From assembly GCA_041609715.1 (NCBI GenBank), contig JBFIQI010000002.1:1-60340 (forward strand): a stretch of DNA of 60,340 nt, in the 5' to 3' direction. The notes beneath the pieces are model-generated. The model did not search any database, had not been told where the DNA came from, and saw only the letters and a list, made by a program, of their open reading frames with translations. Positions within the stretch are counted from its first letter, which is position 1. Each line of letters begins with the position of its first letter. Below are positions 17,291-27,096 of this stretch, piece by piece. The DNA is from Gammaproteobacteria bacterium. GTDB lineage: Bacteria; Pseudomonadota; Gammaproteobacteria; Steroidobacterales; JABDLF01. Made by a program: the position numbers and the translations under genes.

Positions 17291-18561
17291 ATCACCATTT
17301 CGACGTAGTCGTGGTCGGGGCCGGAATGGTGGGCGCAAGCCTTGCGGCGCTGCTGAACCGCGATCCCCGCAGCCGGGGTTTGTCCCTTGGTCTGCTTGAT
17401 GCGCGGGCCCCGGAGCCATTGGCAACCGACGGGCCATATGCGTTGCGCGTGTCGGCCCTGTCACGGGCGTCGCAGAACATCCTGGCGACTGCCGGCGCCT
17501 GGCCGTCGATTGCTGCGGCTCGGGTTTTTGCCTACCAGGAAATGCGGGTATGGGATGCAAACGCGGATGACAGCGATGATCCCTTGACCGATGGGCTGCA
17601 TTTCGACAGTGCGGTTTTGGGCGAGCCGGATCTGGGACATATCGTTGAAAACGGTCTCGTACAGTCAAGCCTGCACGATCTGCTCGCACGCGCTCAGGGC
17701 ATCGAGATGTTATTGGGAGTCAGCCTGAAGGACGTTACCTTCGAAGCTGACAGGCTTGTCCTTGCGACCGATGCGGGGCACACCCTGACCACCGGACTGC
17801 TGATCGGCTGCGACGGCGGTGCTTCGCCGGTACGACAACTGGCGGGCATCGAGGCAGACACCGCGGCTTACGACCAACTCGGTATCGTTGCCATCGTGCG
17901 CACCGAGAAGCCACATGGCGCCACCGCATGGCAGCGGTTTCTGCCTTCCGGGCCGGTGGCCTTCCTGCCGCTGGCCAGCGGCGAGTGTTCCATCGTGTGG
18001 TCCTGCGAAAATGAACGGGCGCGACAGCTCATGGCGCTGAACGAGGAGGACTTTGCTGCGGCCCTGACCCGGGCCAGCAACAAGGCGCTGGGCCACATAC
18101 AGTTGGTCAGCCGTCGCGGAAGTTTTCCGCTGCGGCGTTTGCTGGCTCGCCATTATTGCCGCGAGCGGCTGGTGCTGGCGGGCGACGCGGCCCATGTGGT
18201 CCATCCCCTGGCGGGGCAGGGTGCCAATCTGGGACTACTGGATGCGGCGGCACTGGCCCAGGTACTGGCAGAAGCGCTGGCGAACGGCGAAGCTCCTGGC
18301 GATTTGCGGGTCCTGCGGCGCTACGAGCGCTGGCGCAAGGGCGACAACCTGGCCATGCTGGCCGCGCTGGACGGTCTGAGTAAGCTGTTCGGTTCCACTC
18401 GACTGCCGCTGGGCAAGTTCCGGCGAGCGGGATTAAGCCTGGTGAATCGGGCCCAGCCCGCCCGCAACCGGCTGGCGCGCCAGGCGCTGGGACTGGCAGG
18501 CGAACTGCCGGAGGCAGCCTTGGGTCGATTGGGAACCGGGGTCAGGGCCGGTTTTGCCTAA
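17287..18561 (+). CDS. ubiI: UbiH/UbiF/VisC/COQ6-family FAD-dependent ubiquinone hydroxylase (VisC/UbiI position)
   Basis: ATGA overlap with ubiH. VVVGAGMVGASLA, LIGCDGGASPVR, and LAGDAAHVVHPLAGQGANLGLLD. Confidence 0.8.
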   Translation: MNHHFDVVVVGAGMVGASLAALLNRDPRSRGLSLGLLDARAPEPLATDGPYALRVSALSRASQNILATAGAWPSIAAARVFAYQEMRVWDANADDSDDPLTDGLHFDSAVLGEPDLGHIVENGLVQSSLHDLLARAQGIEMLLGVSLKDVTFEADRLVLATDAGHTLTTGLLIGCDGGASPVRQLAGIEADTAAYDQLGIVAIVRTEKPHGATAWQRFLPSGPVAFLPLASGECSIVWSCENERARQLMALNEEDFAAALTRASNKALGHIQLVSRRGSFPLRRLLARHYCRERLVLAGDAAHVVHPLAGQGANLGLLDAAALAQVLAEALANGEAPGDLRVLRRYERWRKGDNLAMLAALDGLSKLFGSTRLPLGKFRRAGLSLVNRAQPARNRLARQALGLAGELPEAALGRLGTGVRAGFA

Positions 18562-18896
18562 TCCAGCAGGGCGTCGATCTTCATCGCGCAGATGAAGTCG
18601 TTTTCAGATAGGCCGTCTATGGCGTGGGTGGTGTAACGAACCAGGCAGTGGTTATAGCCCACTTCCAGGTCGGGATGATGGCCTTCGGCGTTTGCGATCC
18701 AGGCGACCGCGTTAACGAATGCCATAGTCTTGTAATAGCCCTTGAATCTGAAATCTTTGACTATCTCTTTGCTGTCGTCGGAAACTTCCCAGCCGTCCGC
18801 CAGATTTTTTTTCCGCAGGCGCTCCGCTTCAGCACGATCCAGCGGCTGAATTCCACCTTCACAGGGTACACAATGCTTGCCGGCCAGGTCGGACAT
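18558..18896 (-). CDS. phhB: 4a-hydroxytetrahydrobiopterin (pterin-4a-carbinolamine) dehydratase
   Basis: 112-aa ORF. ...CVPCEGG..PL...W...F.FK.Y..MAFVNAVAWIANAEGHHPDLEVGYN.C.V.Y.TH is a PCD signature. It lies downstream of phhA. Confidence 0.9.
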   Translation of the reverse strand: MSDLAGKHCVPCEGGIQPLDRAEAERLRKKNLADGWEVSDDSKEIVKDFRFKGYYKTMAFVNAVAWIANAEGHHPDLEVGYNHCLVRYTTHAIDGLSENDFICAMKIDALLD

Positions 18897-18931
18897 GGTC
18901 GCTCCTTCTTGTTTCCAAAAGGCAGCCGCGC

Positions 18932-19738
18932 TCAGGCGGACTTGCGTGTTTCTTTGGGCGGAAAAGTCGGTTCGTGCATGCCGAGGCGACGCGCCTCACG
19001 AATGAGAGCAAGCAAGTCTTTCTGCGCCAGGCTGAACAATTCGTCGAAACTCTCGATGACGAAATACACCGTTTGGAATATATCGATGCGGTACGGCGTT
19101 CTCAAGGCATCAACAGGGTCGAAGCGGCGGCGCTCGGGCACCTCGCTTTCCAGCGCATAGGGTGTTTCACCAATTGAGGAAACGATGCCCGCGCCGTAGG
19201 TACGCAAGCCTTCCTCCGGTCGGTGAATGAGGCCGAATTCCACGGTGAACCAGTACAGCCTCGCCAGCATGACGCGATCCTCTTTGCTGGCCGCCAGACC
19301 GGCCTTGCCGTAAGCATGGGTGAAGGCCGCAAATCGCGGGTCCGTCAGCAGGGGAGTGTGGCCGAAGATCTCGTGAAATATATCCGGCTCCTGCAGGTAG
19401 TCGAGTTCCTCGCGGCTGCGAATAAAAGAAGCCGCCGGGAATTTCTTGTTGGCCAGCAGGCGGAAGAACTTGTCGAAATTGATCAAGGCCGGCACTGGCT
19501 CGACTTCCCAGCCCGTGTGTTGCCGCAATACCCGCGAAACCTCTTTGCACTGGGGCACGCGATCCTCGGGCAAATCGAGGCGCTCAAGAGCTTCCAGGTA
19601 CTCGGCGCAGGCGCGATCGCGGATGACCGCTTTTTGGCGCGTGATCAGTTCGTTCCAGATGGCGTTTTCTTCATCCGTGTAGTGGATGACACCGTTCTTG
19701 TCAGGGATCTTGGCGACGTAGCGGGTAGATTTGGCCAT
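18932..19738 (-). CDS. phhA: Phenylalanine 4-monooxygenase
   Basis: 268-aa ORF. PDIFHEIFGHTPLL, FGLI...RTYGAGIVSSIGE and YFVIESFDELF are motifs of aromatic amino acid hydroxylases. Confidence 0.93.
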   Translation of the reverse strand: MAKSTRYVAKIPDKNGVIHYTDEENAIWNELITRQKAVIRDRACAEYLEALERLDLPEDRVPQCKEVSRVLRQHTGWEVEPVPALINFDKFFRLLANKKFPAASFIRSREELDYLQEPDIFHEIFGHTPLLTDPRFAAFTHAYGKAGLAASKEDRVMLARLYWFTVEFGLIHRPEEGLRTYGAGIVSSIGETPYALESEVPERRRFDPVDALRTPYRIDIFQTVYFVIESFDELFSLAQKDLLALIREARRLGMHEPTFPPKETRKSA

Positions 19739-19821
19739 GGTTGCCGGGACCTCCGGTGATGCTGGAACACCTGCTCACTGCGGATCAGCCGCAGACCGGA
19801 GGAATTATAGTGATATTTTTC

Positions 19822-19908
19822 AGGTATTTTCTTGCTTTTTTTGCCAAAAAAATAAGATAATTAGAATAATTTATGGAAAGTAAGGCCAATTTTTAGAAGA
19901 AAATACCT
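19822..19908. promoter_or_regulatory. Pair of 12-bp perfect inverted repeats in the AT-rich phhA / lrp-family divergent promoter region (candidate operator pair)
   Basis: AGGTATTTTCTT at 19822-19833 and its exact reverse complement AAGAAAATACCT at 19897-19908. This is the only strongly AT-rich intergenic region in the window. Confidence 0.5.
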
Positions 19909-19913
19909 AAGCG

Positions 19914-20390
19914 ATGAAAGAACTCGACAAAACTGACCTCAAGATCCTCGATGTGTTGCAGCAGGACGCCAGGATTTCCAACCACAAACTGGCGGCCAGG
20001 GTTGGCCTGTCCCCGTCGCCGTGCTGGCGGCGGGTAAAGCGCCTGGAAGACTGCGGCCTGATCCTCCGCTACGTCACATTGCTCGATACCGAGGCGGCCG
20101 GGCTGCCGGTGCAGGCATACCTGCATGTGTCCCTGGACAACCATCATCCGGATACGGTTGCGGCCTTTGATCGCATGGTGCAGGCGCGCCCGGAGGTGCT
20201 GGAATGTCACGCGATGAGCGGCGAATATGATTACCTGCTAAAGGTGGCCGCGCGCAGCATGTCCGACTACGAGCGCTTCATGACGCGACATTTGTTGCGC
20301 GAAGCGGAAGTTCAGACGGCCAATACCAGCTTTGTGCTGAAGCGCATCAAGCACACCACTGCCATCCCTCTGCAGCAGGCCAAGGAATAA
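19914..20390 (+). CDS. Lrp/AsnC-family transcriptional regulator
   Basis: 158-aa ORF. LDKTDLKILDVLQQDARISNHKLAARVGLSPSPCWRRVKRLEDCGLI is the AsnC HTH, followed by a RAM/ACT-like C-terminal domain. Confidence 0.9.
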   Translation: MKELDKTDLKILDVLQQDARISNHKLAARVGLSPSPCWRRVKRLEDCGLILRYVTLLDTEAAGLPVQAYLHVSLDNHHPDTVAAFDRMVQARPEVLECHAMSGEYDYLLKVAARSMSDYERFMTRHLLREAEVQTANTSFVLKRIKHTTAIPLQQAKE

Positions 20391-20396
20391 TCCGGC

Positions 20397-21629
20397 TCAA
20401 GGCCCGGCGAAGCGGCTGGCGACGTATTCTTCCACCAGCTGCTGGAATTCCTCTGCGATCCTGTCGCCTTTCAGCGTCACGTCTTTTTTGCCGTCGATGT
20501 AGACCGGCGCTACGGGACGCTCACCGGTACCGGGCAGGCTGATGCCGATGTTGGCGTGCTTGGATTCACCGGGGCCGTTGACCACGCAGCCCATCACCGC
20601 GACCGTCATCTCCTCCACTCCCGGGTATTGCTGTTTCCACTCGGGCATGCGCTGCCGGATATGTCCCTGGATCTGCTGTGCCAGTTCCTGGAAGTAGCTG
20701 CTGGTGGTGCGCCCGCAGCCGGGGCAGGCAATCACCATGGGAGTGAACGACCGCAAGCCCATGCTTTGCAGGATTTCCTGGGCCACGATGACTTCACGGG
20801 TGCGATCGCCGCCCGGTTCCGGCGTGAGGGAAATGCGGATAGTGTCGCCAATGCCCTCTTGCAGCAGGACAGCCAGGGCAGCCGTTGAAGCGACGATACC
20901 CTTGCTGCCCATGCCCGCCTCGGTCAGTCCCAGGTGCAAGGGGTAGTCGCAGCGTTTAGCCAGCATGCGATAGACGGCGATCAGATCCTGCACTCCGCTC
21001 ATCTTGCAGGAAAGAATGATGGCGTCGGAGCGCAGGCCGAGTTCCTCTGCACGCTGAGCACTGCCCACCGCCGACTGCACCATGGCTTCGTAAACAACGT
21101 GGCGGGCATCCGCCGGTTCGCGGCTGGCGGCATTTTCATCCATCAGCCGGGTCAGCAGTTCCTGATCCAGGCTGCCCCAGTTGACCCCGATGCGCACCGG
21201 GCGGTCGTTGTCACAGGCCACCTGGATCATTTCAGCAAACTGCGGGTCCCGCTTGCTGCCGCGACCGACATTGCCGGGATTGATGCGGTATTTGGCCAAA
21301 GCCTTCGCGCACTCGGGGAAATCGCGCAGTAGTTTATGGCCGTTAAAATGGAAATCGCCCACCAGCGGTACATCGACACCCCAATCCATCAGTTGCTGGC
21401 GAATTGCGGGAACCTGTTCCGCAGCGGCGGCATTGTTGACAGTGATCCGCACCAGCTCGGATCCGGCACGCGCCAGGTCGCGAACCTGCGCAGCGGTCTT
21501 GTCGCGATCGGCAGTGTCGGTATTGGTCATGGACTGCACCACAATGGGCGCGCCCCCGCCCACCCATACCTGGCCGATGCGCACGGCGCGGGTCTGGTGA
21601 CGTCGGCTTGGAGTATTTGAGGGCGTCAT
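20397..21629 (-). CDS. ispG: 4-hydroxy-3-methylbut-2-en-1-yl diphosphate synthase (flavodoxin)
   Basis: 410-aa [41 protein letters not shown] and [10 protein letters not shown] are IspG motifs. Confidence 0.95.
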   Translation of the reverse strand: MTPSNTPSRRHQTRAVRIGQVWVGGGAPIVVQSMTNTDTADRDKTAAQVRDLARAGSELVRITVNNAAAAEQVPAIRQQLMDWGVDVPLVGDFHFNGHKLLRDFPECAKALAKYRINPGNVGRGSKRDPQFAEMIQVACDNDRPVRIGVNWGSLDQELLTRLMDENAASREPADARHVVYEAMVQSAVGSAQRAEELGLRSDAIILSCKMSGVQDLIAVYRMLAKRCDYPLHLGLTEAGMGSKGIVASTAALAVLLQEGIGDTIRISLTPEPGGDRTREVIVAQEILQSMGLRSFTPMVIACPGCGRTTSSYFQELAQQIQGHIRQRMPEWKQQYPGVEEMTVAVMGCVVNGPGESKHANIGISLPGTGERPVAPVYIDGKKDVTLKGDRIAEEFQQLVEEYVASRFAGP

Positions 21630-21781
21630 AGGCTGAGTGCTGCAGGTATCGGATGGACGGCGCGCCGCATCGTTCAGGTGGGGTCGCTATTCTGGCGATC
21701 CCATGCGGCACAGGCAAGAGCCGTCGGGCTTGTAGAGGCCACAGCGACGATGGGCTATCATTCTATGTTCAATCAGCAAAT

Positions 21782-21970
21782 ATCGCGAGAGAGTGTCCCG
21801 GCACTAGGCCCGGGATCGCCGAAGGCGCAACCCGCCCGGAAACGCTCAGGCAAACGGATCGTGATGTCAGATTGGCTCTGGAGAGCGGCAGGCGCAGGCC
21901 TGCCCACCGAAGGGGAAAGGCGTATCCGCGCAGGCGCATTCGCCCCATCTCTCAGGTAACCGGACAGAGG
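21782..21970 (+). promoter_or_regulatory. Tandem glycine riboswitch (two aptamers) in the gcvT leader
   Basis: Aptamer 1 is GCGAGAGAG...GATCGCCGAAGGCGCAA...CTCAGGCAAACGGATCG. Aptamer 2 is CTCTGGAGAGCGG...CCCACCGAAGGGGAAAGG...CTCAGGTAACCGGACAGAG. Both match the conserved GGAGAG / ACCGAAGGGGCAA / CTCAGGCAA-GGAC cores. Confidence 0.88.
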
Positions 21971-22007
21971 GGCGGCAGGCTGCGAGGCCTGCCGCCCTTG
22001 TATTTTT
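21971..22007 (+). terminator. Intrinsic terminator forming the riboswitch expression platform
   Basis: Perfect 10-bp GC stem GGCGGCAGGC (21971-21980) / GCCTGCCGCC (21987-21996), loop TGCGAG, followed by CTTGTATTTTT. Confidence 0.75.
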
Positions 22008-22052
22008 GGGTCCCGCGGCGGGGCCGCGGTAACGAGTGACACCGGAGTTGTG

Positions 22053-23153
22053 ATGGGTAAGAAAACGCCTCTTTTTGATCAGCACCAGGAGCAGGGCGGG
22101 CGCATGGTGGACTTCGGTGGCTGGGATATGCCGGTGCACTATGGTTCGCAGCTCACCGAGCATCACGCGGTGCGCCAACGGGCCGGGATGTTTGATGTCT
22201 CCCACATGACGGTTATCGACATCTCGGGCGCGCGTGCCAGCGACTTTCTCCAGCACTTGCTGGCCAACGACATCGGCAAGCTGAAAGTCCACGGCAAGGC
22301 GCTTTACAGCTGCATGCTGGCGGAGGACGGCGGGATCCTGGACGACCTGATTGTCTATTTCTTTGATGCCGGGAGTTTTCGCATGGTGGTCAACGCCGCC
22401 ACCCGCGACAAAGATCTCGCCTGGATTCGGTCCCAGGCCGCGTCCTTCGCTGCGCAGATCACCGAGCGCGATGACCTGGCGATGATCGCGGTGCAGGGCC
22501 CGGAGGCGCGGGCGCGAGCAGCGTTGGCGCTGCCCGACACCTGCCGCGAGGCCGCAATGGCACTCAAGCCTTTCATGGGGGCCGAGTTGGACGGTCACTT
22601 TGTGGCGCGCACCGGCTACACGGGGGAAGACGGATGGGAGATCATGGTACCGGCGGACCGGGCCGGCAGCTTCTGGTCGAGTCTGGTGGCGCAGGATATT
22701 GTGCCCTGCGGGCTGGGCGCCCGGGATACCCTGCGGCTGGAAGCAGGCATGAACCTTTACGGTACCGATATGGATGAACAAACCTCGCCGCTGGAGTCCG
22801 GTCTCGGGTGGACCATTGGCTGGCAGGACCCGGAGGGGAATGATCGAGACTTTATCGGCGCAGACGCCCTGCGCCGCCAGCGGGCCGCCGGCGTGAGCCG
22901 CAAGTTCGTGGGACTGGTGCTGGAGGACCGCGGCGTACTGCGCGGGGGCCAAGCCATTATTGTGGACGGGTCGGACGCGGGCCTGGTCACCAGCGGGACT
23001 TATTCGCCAACCCTGGAGCGCTCCATCGGAATGGGGCGCGTGCCCGTTGCCATTGGCGATAATTGCAAGGTTGAAATCCGTGGCCGTCGGCTGGCGGCGC
23101 GGGTGGTGAAGCCGCCGTTTGTCCGCAACGGCAAGGCCTGTATCGAGATTTGA
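22053..23153 (+). CDS. gcvT: Glycine cleavage system aminomethyltransferase (T protein)
   Basis: MGKKTPLFDQHQEQGGRMVDFGGWDMPVHYGS...HHAVRQRAGMFDVSHM is canonical GcvT. The ATG at 22053 follows GGAG; the ORF track starts at the GTG at 22050. Confidence 0.95.
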   Translation: MGKKTPLFDQHQEQGGRMVDFGGWDMPVHYGSQLTEHHAVRQRAGMFDVSHMTVIDISGARASDFLQHLLANDIGKLKVHGKALYSCMLAEDGGILDDLIVYFFDAGSFRMVVNAATRDKDLAWIRSQAASFAAQITERDDLAMIAVQGPEARARAALALPDTCREAAMALKPFMGAELDGHFVARTGYTGEDGWEIMVPADRAGSFWSSLVAQDIVPCGLGARDTLRLEAGMNLYGTDMDEQTSPLESGLGWTIGWQDPEGNDRDFIGADALRRQRAAGVSRKFVGLVLEDRGVLRGGQAIIVDGSDAGLVTSGTYSPTLERSIGMGRVPVAIGDNCKVEIRGRRLAARVVKPPFVRNGKACIEI

Positions 23154-23166
23154 TGGGGAGAACACA

Positions 23167-23559
23167 ATGAGCGAAATTCCGGGCGATCTCCGCTACACGC
23201 GGGATCATGAGTGGTTGCGGCCGCTGGAAGACGGCACGGCACTGGTGGGCATAACCGATCATGCCCAGGATGCTCTCGGTGACCTGGTATTTGTTGAAGT
23301 GCCGGAGCTGGGGGGTAAATTGTCGGAGGGTGATGCTTGTGCGGTAGTCGAATCCGTCAAGGCGGCGTCGGACGTTTATTGCCCGGTGGATGCGGAGATT
23401 GTCGAGATCAACGAGGCATTGGCCGATACACCGGAACTGATCAATTCCGATCCTTACGGAGAAGGCTGGCTGATGCGCGTCCAGCCGGAAGACAGCGGCG
23501 CCATCGATGCATTGATGTCGGCCGAAGACTACGAGCAATACCTGGAAGAGCAGGATTGA
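23167..23559 (+). CDS. gcvH: Glycine cleavage system H protein (lipoyl carrier)
   Basis: MSEIPGDLRYTRDHEWL...GITDHAQDALGDLVFVE.PE.G......ESVKAASDVY.P. The ATG at 23167 is internal to ORF 23119-23559. Confidence 0.95.
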   Translation: MSEIPGDLRYTRDHEWLRPLEDGTALVGITDHAQDALGDLVFVEVPELGGKLSEGDACAVVESVKAASDVYCPVDAEIVEINEALADTPELINSDPYGEGWLMRVQPEDSGAIDALMSAEDYEQYLEEQD

Positions 23560-23606
23560 GCACAGACGGAAACATCTGTCGGCCAAGCCGCGTCGGAAAA
23601 TAGCTT

Positions 23607-24980
23607 ATGCCTTTTATACCTCACACAGACAACGAGATTCGCGACATGCTCGACGCTATTGGCGTGGCGGCAATCGATGATCTTTTCGACGAGATTCCGG
23701 CAAGCCTGCGAGCCCGGGAACTGAGTGGATTGCCGGATGCGCTTAGCGAGCAGGAGATTACCAAGCTGATGCGCAAACGAGCAGCGCGCGACGGCGAGCT
23801 GATCAATTTCATTGGTGCCGGTGCCTATGAGCACCACATTCCGGCCGCAGTTTGGGAGATCACCACGCGCGGCGAGTTTTACAGTGCTTATACGCCTTAC
23901 CAGGCAGAAGCCAGCCAGGGCACCCTGCAGTTGATTTACGAGTATCAATCGATGATGGCCGCCCTGACGGCCATGGACGTTTCCAATGCGTCGCTGTACG
24001 ACGGCGCCTCGGCACTGGCGGAAGCCTGCCTGATGGCGGTGCGTGGCAATCGTAAATCCAGAAGCCGCCGGGTGCTGGTTGCCGGCACGGTGAACCCCGT
24101 TTATGTGAAAGTGGCGCGTGCAATCACCGCCGGCCAGGGCATATCCCTGGAGGCCGTGCCATTTTGCTACGAAACCGGAACCGTAGAGCCGGCCGCCCTG
24201 GATCGCTTTGCCGGTGAGGACATCACCGCGGTAGTCATTCCGCAACCCAATTTTTTTGGTCAGCTGGAGGTCGTTGACAAACTCTGCAACTGGGCGCACC
24301 AGCATGATGCGCTGGCCATAGCGGTGGTCAATCCTGTGGCCCTGGCGCTGCTCGAGGCACCCGGCAACTGGGGTGAGAACGGTGCCGATATCGTTTGCGG
24401 CGAGGGCCAGCCGTTGGGCGTGCCCTTGTCCTCCGGGGGGCCGTATTTCGGGTTTATGTGCTGCCGCCAGGCATTGGTCAGGCAAATGCCGGGGCGAATC
24501 GTGGGCCGCACCGTCGACCTGGAAGGCCGGCCAGGTTATACGCTGACTTTGCAGGCGCGGGAACAGCACATACGCCGATCCAAAGCGACTTCGAACATCT
24601 GCACCAACCAGGGCCTTATGGTGACCGCAGCGACCATTCACATGGCCATGCTGGGCGCCGAGGGCCTGGGGCGGGTGGCGGCGACTTCGCACGCCAATAC
24701 CGTGGAGCTGGTTAACGCCCTGACCAACATCGCGGGCGTCAAGCGTGTGTTCGAGGGACCCTTCTTCCATGAAGCCGTGCTGCGGCTTGAGCAGCCTGTG
24801 GAATCAGCCCTGGCGGCGCTGGCGGATGCCGGGATTTGCGGCGGCTATGCGCTGGCCAGCGAGTTTCCCGAATTGGGCAACACCCTGCTGGTATGCGCCA
24901 CGGAATCCCGCTCGGGGGAAGAAATCGCATTGTACGCAGACAAACTCAAAGAAATTATGCAGGACGCCCGCGCGGCCTGA
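23607..24980 (+). CDS. gcvPA: Glycine dehydrogenase (aminomethyl-transferring) subunit 1
   Basis: 457-aa [45 protein letters not shown] and NICTNQGL are GcvPA motifs. Confidence 0.95.
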   Translation: MPFIPHTDNEIRDMLDAIGVAAIDDLFDEIPASLRARELSGLPDALSEQEITKLMRKRAARDGELINFIGAGAYEHHIPAAVWEITTRGEFYSAYTPYQAEASQGTLQLIYEYQSMMAALTAMDVSNASLYDGASALAEACLMAVRGNRKSRSRRVLVAGTVNPVYVKVARAITAGQGISLEAVPFCYETGTVEPAALDRFAGEDITAVVIPQPNFFGQLEVVDKLCNWAHQHDALAIAVVNPVALALLEAPGNWGENGADIVCGEGQPLGVPLSSGGPYFGFMCCRQALVRQMPGRIVGRTVDLEGRPGYTLTLQAREQHIRRSKATSNICTNQGLMVTAATIHMAMLGAEGLGRVAATSHANTVELVNALTNIAGVKRVFEGPFFHEAVLRLEQPVESALAALADAGICGGYALASEFPELGNTLLVCATESRSGEEIALYADKLKEIMQDARAA

Positions 24981-25011
24981 TACCAGTAAGCAAGCAACGG
25001 AGCATTAAGTG

Positions 25012-25515
25012 ATGGCTACAATTACCCTGAAAGGCAATGAGATCCACACCCAGGGCGATATGCCCAAGGTGGGATCGCGCGCCCCGGATTTCACTCTTAC
25101 CGACAGCGACCTGAGCGACGTGACCCTGAACCAGTGGCAAGGTCAGCGCATTCTGATGAATATCTTTCCCAGCATTGACACGCCGGTCTGTGCCACGTCG
25201 ACGCGCACGTTCAACGAGCATGCGCGCGACAACGAGAAGGTCACGATGTTGATGATCTCGGGCGATTTGCCATTCGCCCACAAGCGTTTCTGCGGCGATG
25301 AAGGACTCGCAAACGTGGTCACCCTGTCGACCATGCGGTCGGCGGATTTTGCCCGCGATTACGGCGTTCTCATCGAAGACGGGCCGCTGCGCGGCCTGAC
25401 TGCGCGCGCGGTGCTGGTGATCGATGAAAATGGTGTGGTGGTGCATGCAGAACTGGTGTCTGAAATTGCTGAGGAACCGGATTACTCTGCCGCTCTGCGG
25501 GCCTTGGGTTCCTGA
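25012..25515 (+). CDS. tpx: Thiol peroxidase (atypical 2-Cys peroxiredoxin)
   Basis: MATITLKGNEIHTQG..PKVGSRAPDFTLTDSDL..V.L....G...LMNIFPSIDTPVCATS is canonical Tpx. Confidence 0.93.
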   Translation: MATITLKGNEIHTQGDMPKVGSRAPDFTLTDSDLSDVTLNQWQGQRILMNIFPSIDTPVCATSTRTFNEHARDNEKVTMLMISGDLPFAHKRFCGDEGLANVVTLSTMRSADFARDYGVLIEDGPLRGLTARAVLVIDENGVVVHAELVSEIAEEPDYSAALRALGS

Positions 25516-25542
25516 CGGCATTGGCCGCGGAGTAGTGAGCAG

Positions 25543-27021
25543 ATGTTGATTTTTGAGCATTCGAGGAAGGGCAGGCGGGCAACGGCCCAGGCTCCGGCAG
25601 AACGCCCGGAGCTGGATATTCCCAAGCAGTTTCTGCGGGATAAAGCTGCAGCCTTACCGGAAGTGTCCGAGCTTCAGGCGGTGCGCCACTACACACGCCT
25701 TTCGCAAAAAAACTTTTCCATCGATACCAACTTCTACCCGCTTGGCTCTTGCACGATGAAGTACAATCCGCGCGCCTGCAACAGCCTTGCCATGTTGCCG
25801 GAGCTGCTGATGCGCCATCCCTTGTCGCCTGCCTCCCATGGCCAGGGCTTTCTGGCCTGCATGTTCGAATTGCAGGAAATGCTCAAGGAAGTGACTGGCA
25901 TGCAGGGCGTATCCCTGACGCCCATGGCTGGCGCCCAGGGTGAATTTGCAGGCGTCGCGATGATTCGCGCCTACCATGATGCCCGCGACGACAAGCAGCG
26001 TGATGAAATCCTGGTGCCGGATGCAGCCCATGGCACCAATCCGGCTACTGCCATCATGTGCGGCTGTAAAGTGGTGGAGATTCCCACCGACAAGCAGGGT
26101 GACGTCGATCTGGAGGCATTGCAAAAAGCCGTGGGTCCCCGTACTGCGGGGATCATGCTGACCAATCCGTCGACCCTGGGCGTATTCGAGCGGCGGATCG
26201 AGGCGATCGCCAAGATCGTCCACGAGGCCGGTGGCCTGCTGTACTACGACGGCGCCAACCTGAACGCGATCCTGGGCAAGGCGCGGCCGGGAGACATGGG
26301 ATTCGACGTGATCCACATGAATCTCCACAAGACCTTTTCCACACCCCATGGCGGGGGCGGGCCCGGGTCCGGCGCAGTCGGAGTCGGCAAACGACTGCTG
26401 CCGTTCATGCCGGTGCCGGTGGTTGCCCGCGAGGGCCAGGGCGAACAGGCCAGTTACCGCTGGCTGACCGAGGAAGACCTGCCGCAGAGTATCGGCCGCC
26501 TGTCGGCGTTCATGGGCAATGCCGGCGTGCTGCTGCGCGCTTACATCTACGCCCGCATGCTGGGCCGCAAAGGAATGGAGAGAGTTGCCGAGTTTGCGAC
26601 CCTGAATGCCAACTATCTGATGACGCGTATGCATCAGGCCGGATTCCGACTGGCATTTCCGGAGCGTCGTGCCAGTCATGAGTTCATCGTGACCCTCAAG
26701 CAGGAAGACAAGGAGTTGGGTGTCAATGCCATGGACTTCGCCAAGGCGCTGCTGGACGAGGGCTTTCACGCCCCCACTACCTACTTTCCGTTACTGGTTC
26801 CGGAATGTCTGCTGATCGAACCCACAGAAACCGAGGCCAAGGAGGCCATCGACAGTTTTGTCGAGGCGATGGTAAATATCAGGGAGCAGGCGAAGAAGAA
26901 TCGCGAGCATGTCAAGGGCGCACCTTACACCACGCCCGTGCGACGTCTTGACGATGTGCGCGCTGCCCGGCAGCTGGATCTCGCGTGGCGCCCGGCCGAA
27001 GATGAAAACGCTGCAGCCTGA
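25543..27021 (+). CDS. gcvPB: Glycine dehydrogenase (aminomethyl-transferring) subunit 2
   Basis: 492-aa [38 protein letters not shown] (PLP lysine) and FHAPT.YFP are GcvPB motifs. Confidence 0.95.
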   Translation: MLIFEHSRKGRRATAQAPAERPELDIPKQFLRDKAAALPEVSELQAVRHYTRLSQKNFSIDTNFYPLGSCTMKYNPRACNSLAMLPELLMRHPLSPASHGQGFLACMFELQEMLKEVTGMQGVSLTPMAGAQGEFAGVAMIRAYHDARDDKQRDEILVPDAAHGTNPATAIMCGCKVVEIPTDKQGDVDLEALQKAVGPRTAGIMLTNPSTLGVFERRIEAIAKIVHEAGGLLYYDGANLNAILGKARPGDMGFDVIHMNLHKTFSTPHGGGGPGSGAVGVGKRLLPFMPVPVVAREGQGEQASYRWLTEEDLPQSIGRLSAFMGNAGVLLRAYIYARMLGRKGMERVAEFATLNANYLMTRMHQAGFRLAFPERRASHEFIVTLKQEDKELGVNAMDFAKALLDEGFHAPTTYFPLLVPECLLIEPTETEAKEAIDSFVEAMVNIREQAKKNREHVKGAPYTTPVRRLDDVRAARQLDLAWRPAEDENAAA

Positions 27022-27096
27022 CGCTGGTGGCCGCACCCCCGTTCTTAAAGCGCGGGCGATCTCGCCTGCCTGTTCCATGCATTTATCGGAGAAATT

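Noticed and set aside
21867-23165. 432-aa minus-strand ORF covering the gcvT region
   Set aside because: It lies antisense to a clearly identifiable gcvT, and its composition is Arg/Pro/Gly/Ala-rich with no recognisable motifs. It is a typical stop-free antisense frame of GC-rich coding DNA.
23529-26769. Long minus-strand ORFs (23529-24770 and 25654-26769) opposite gcvPA and gcvPB
   Set aside because: Same GC-rich antisense artefact. The plus-strand products carry canonical GcvP motifs, including the PLP lysine.
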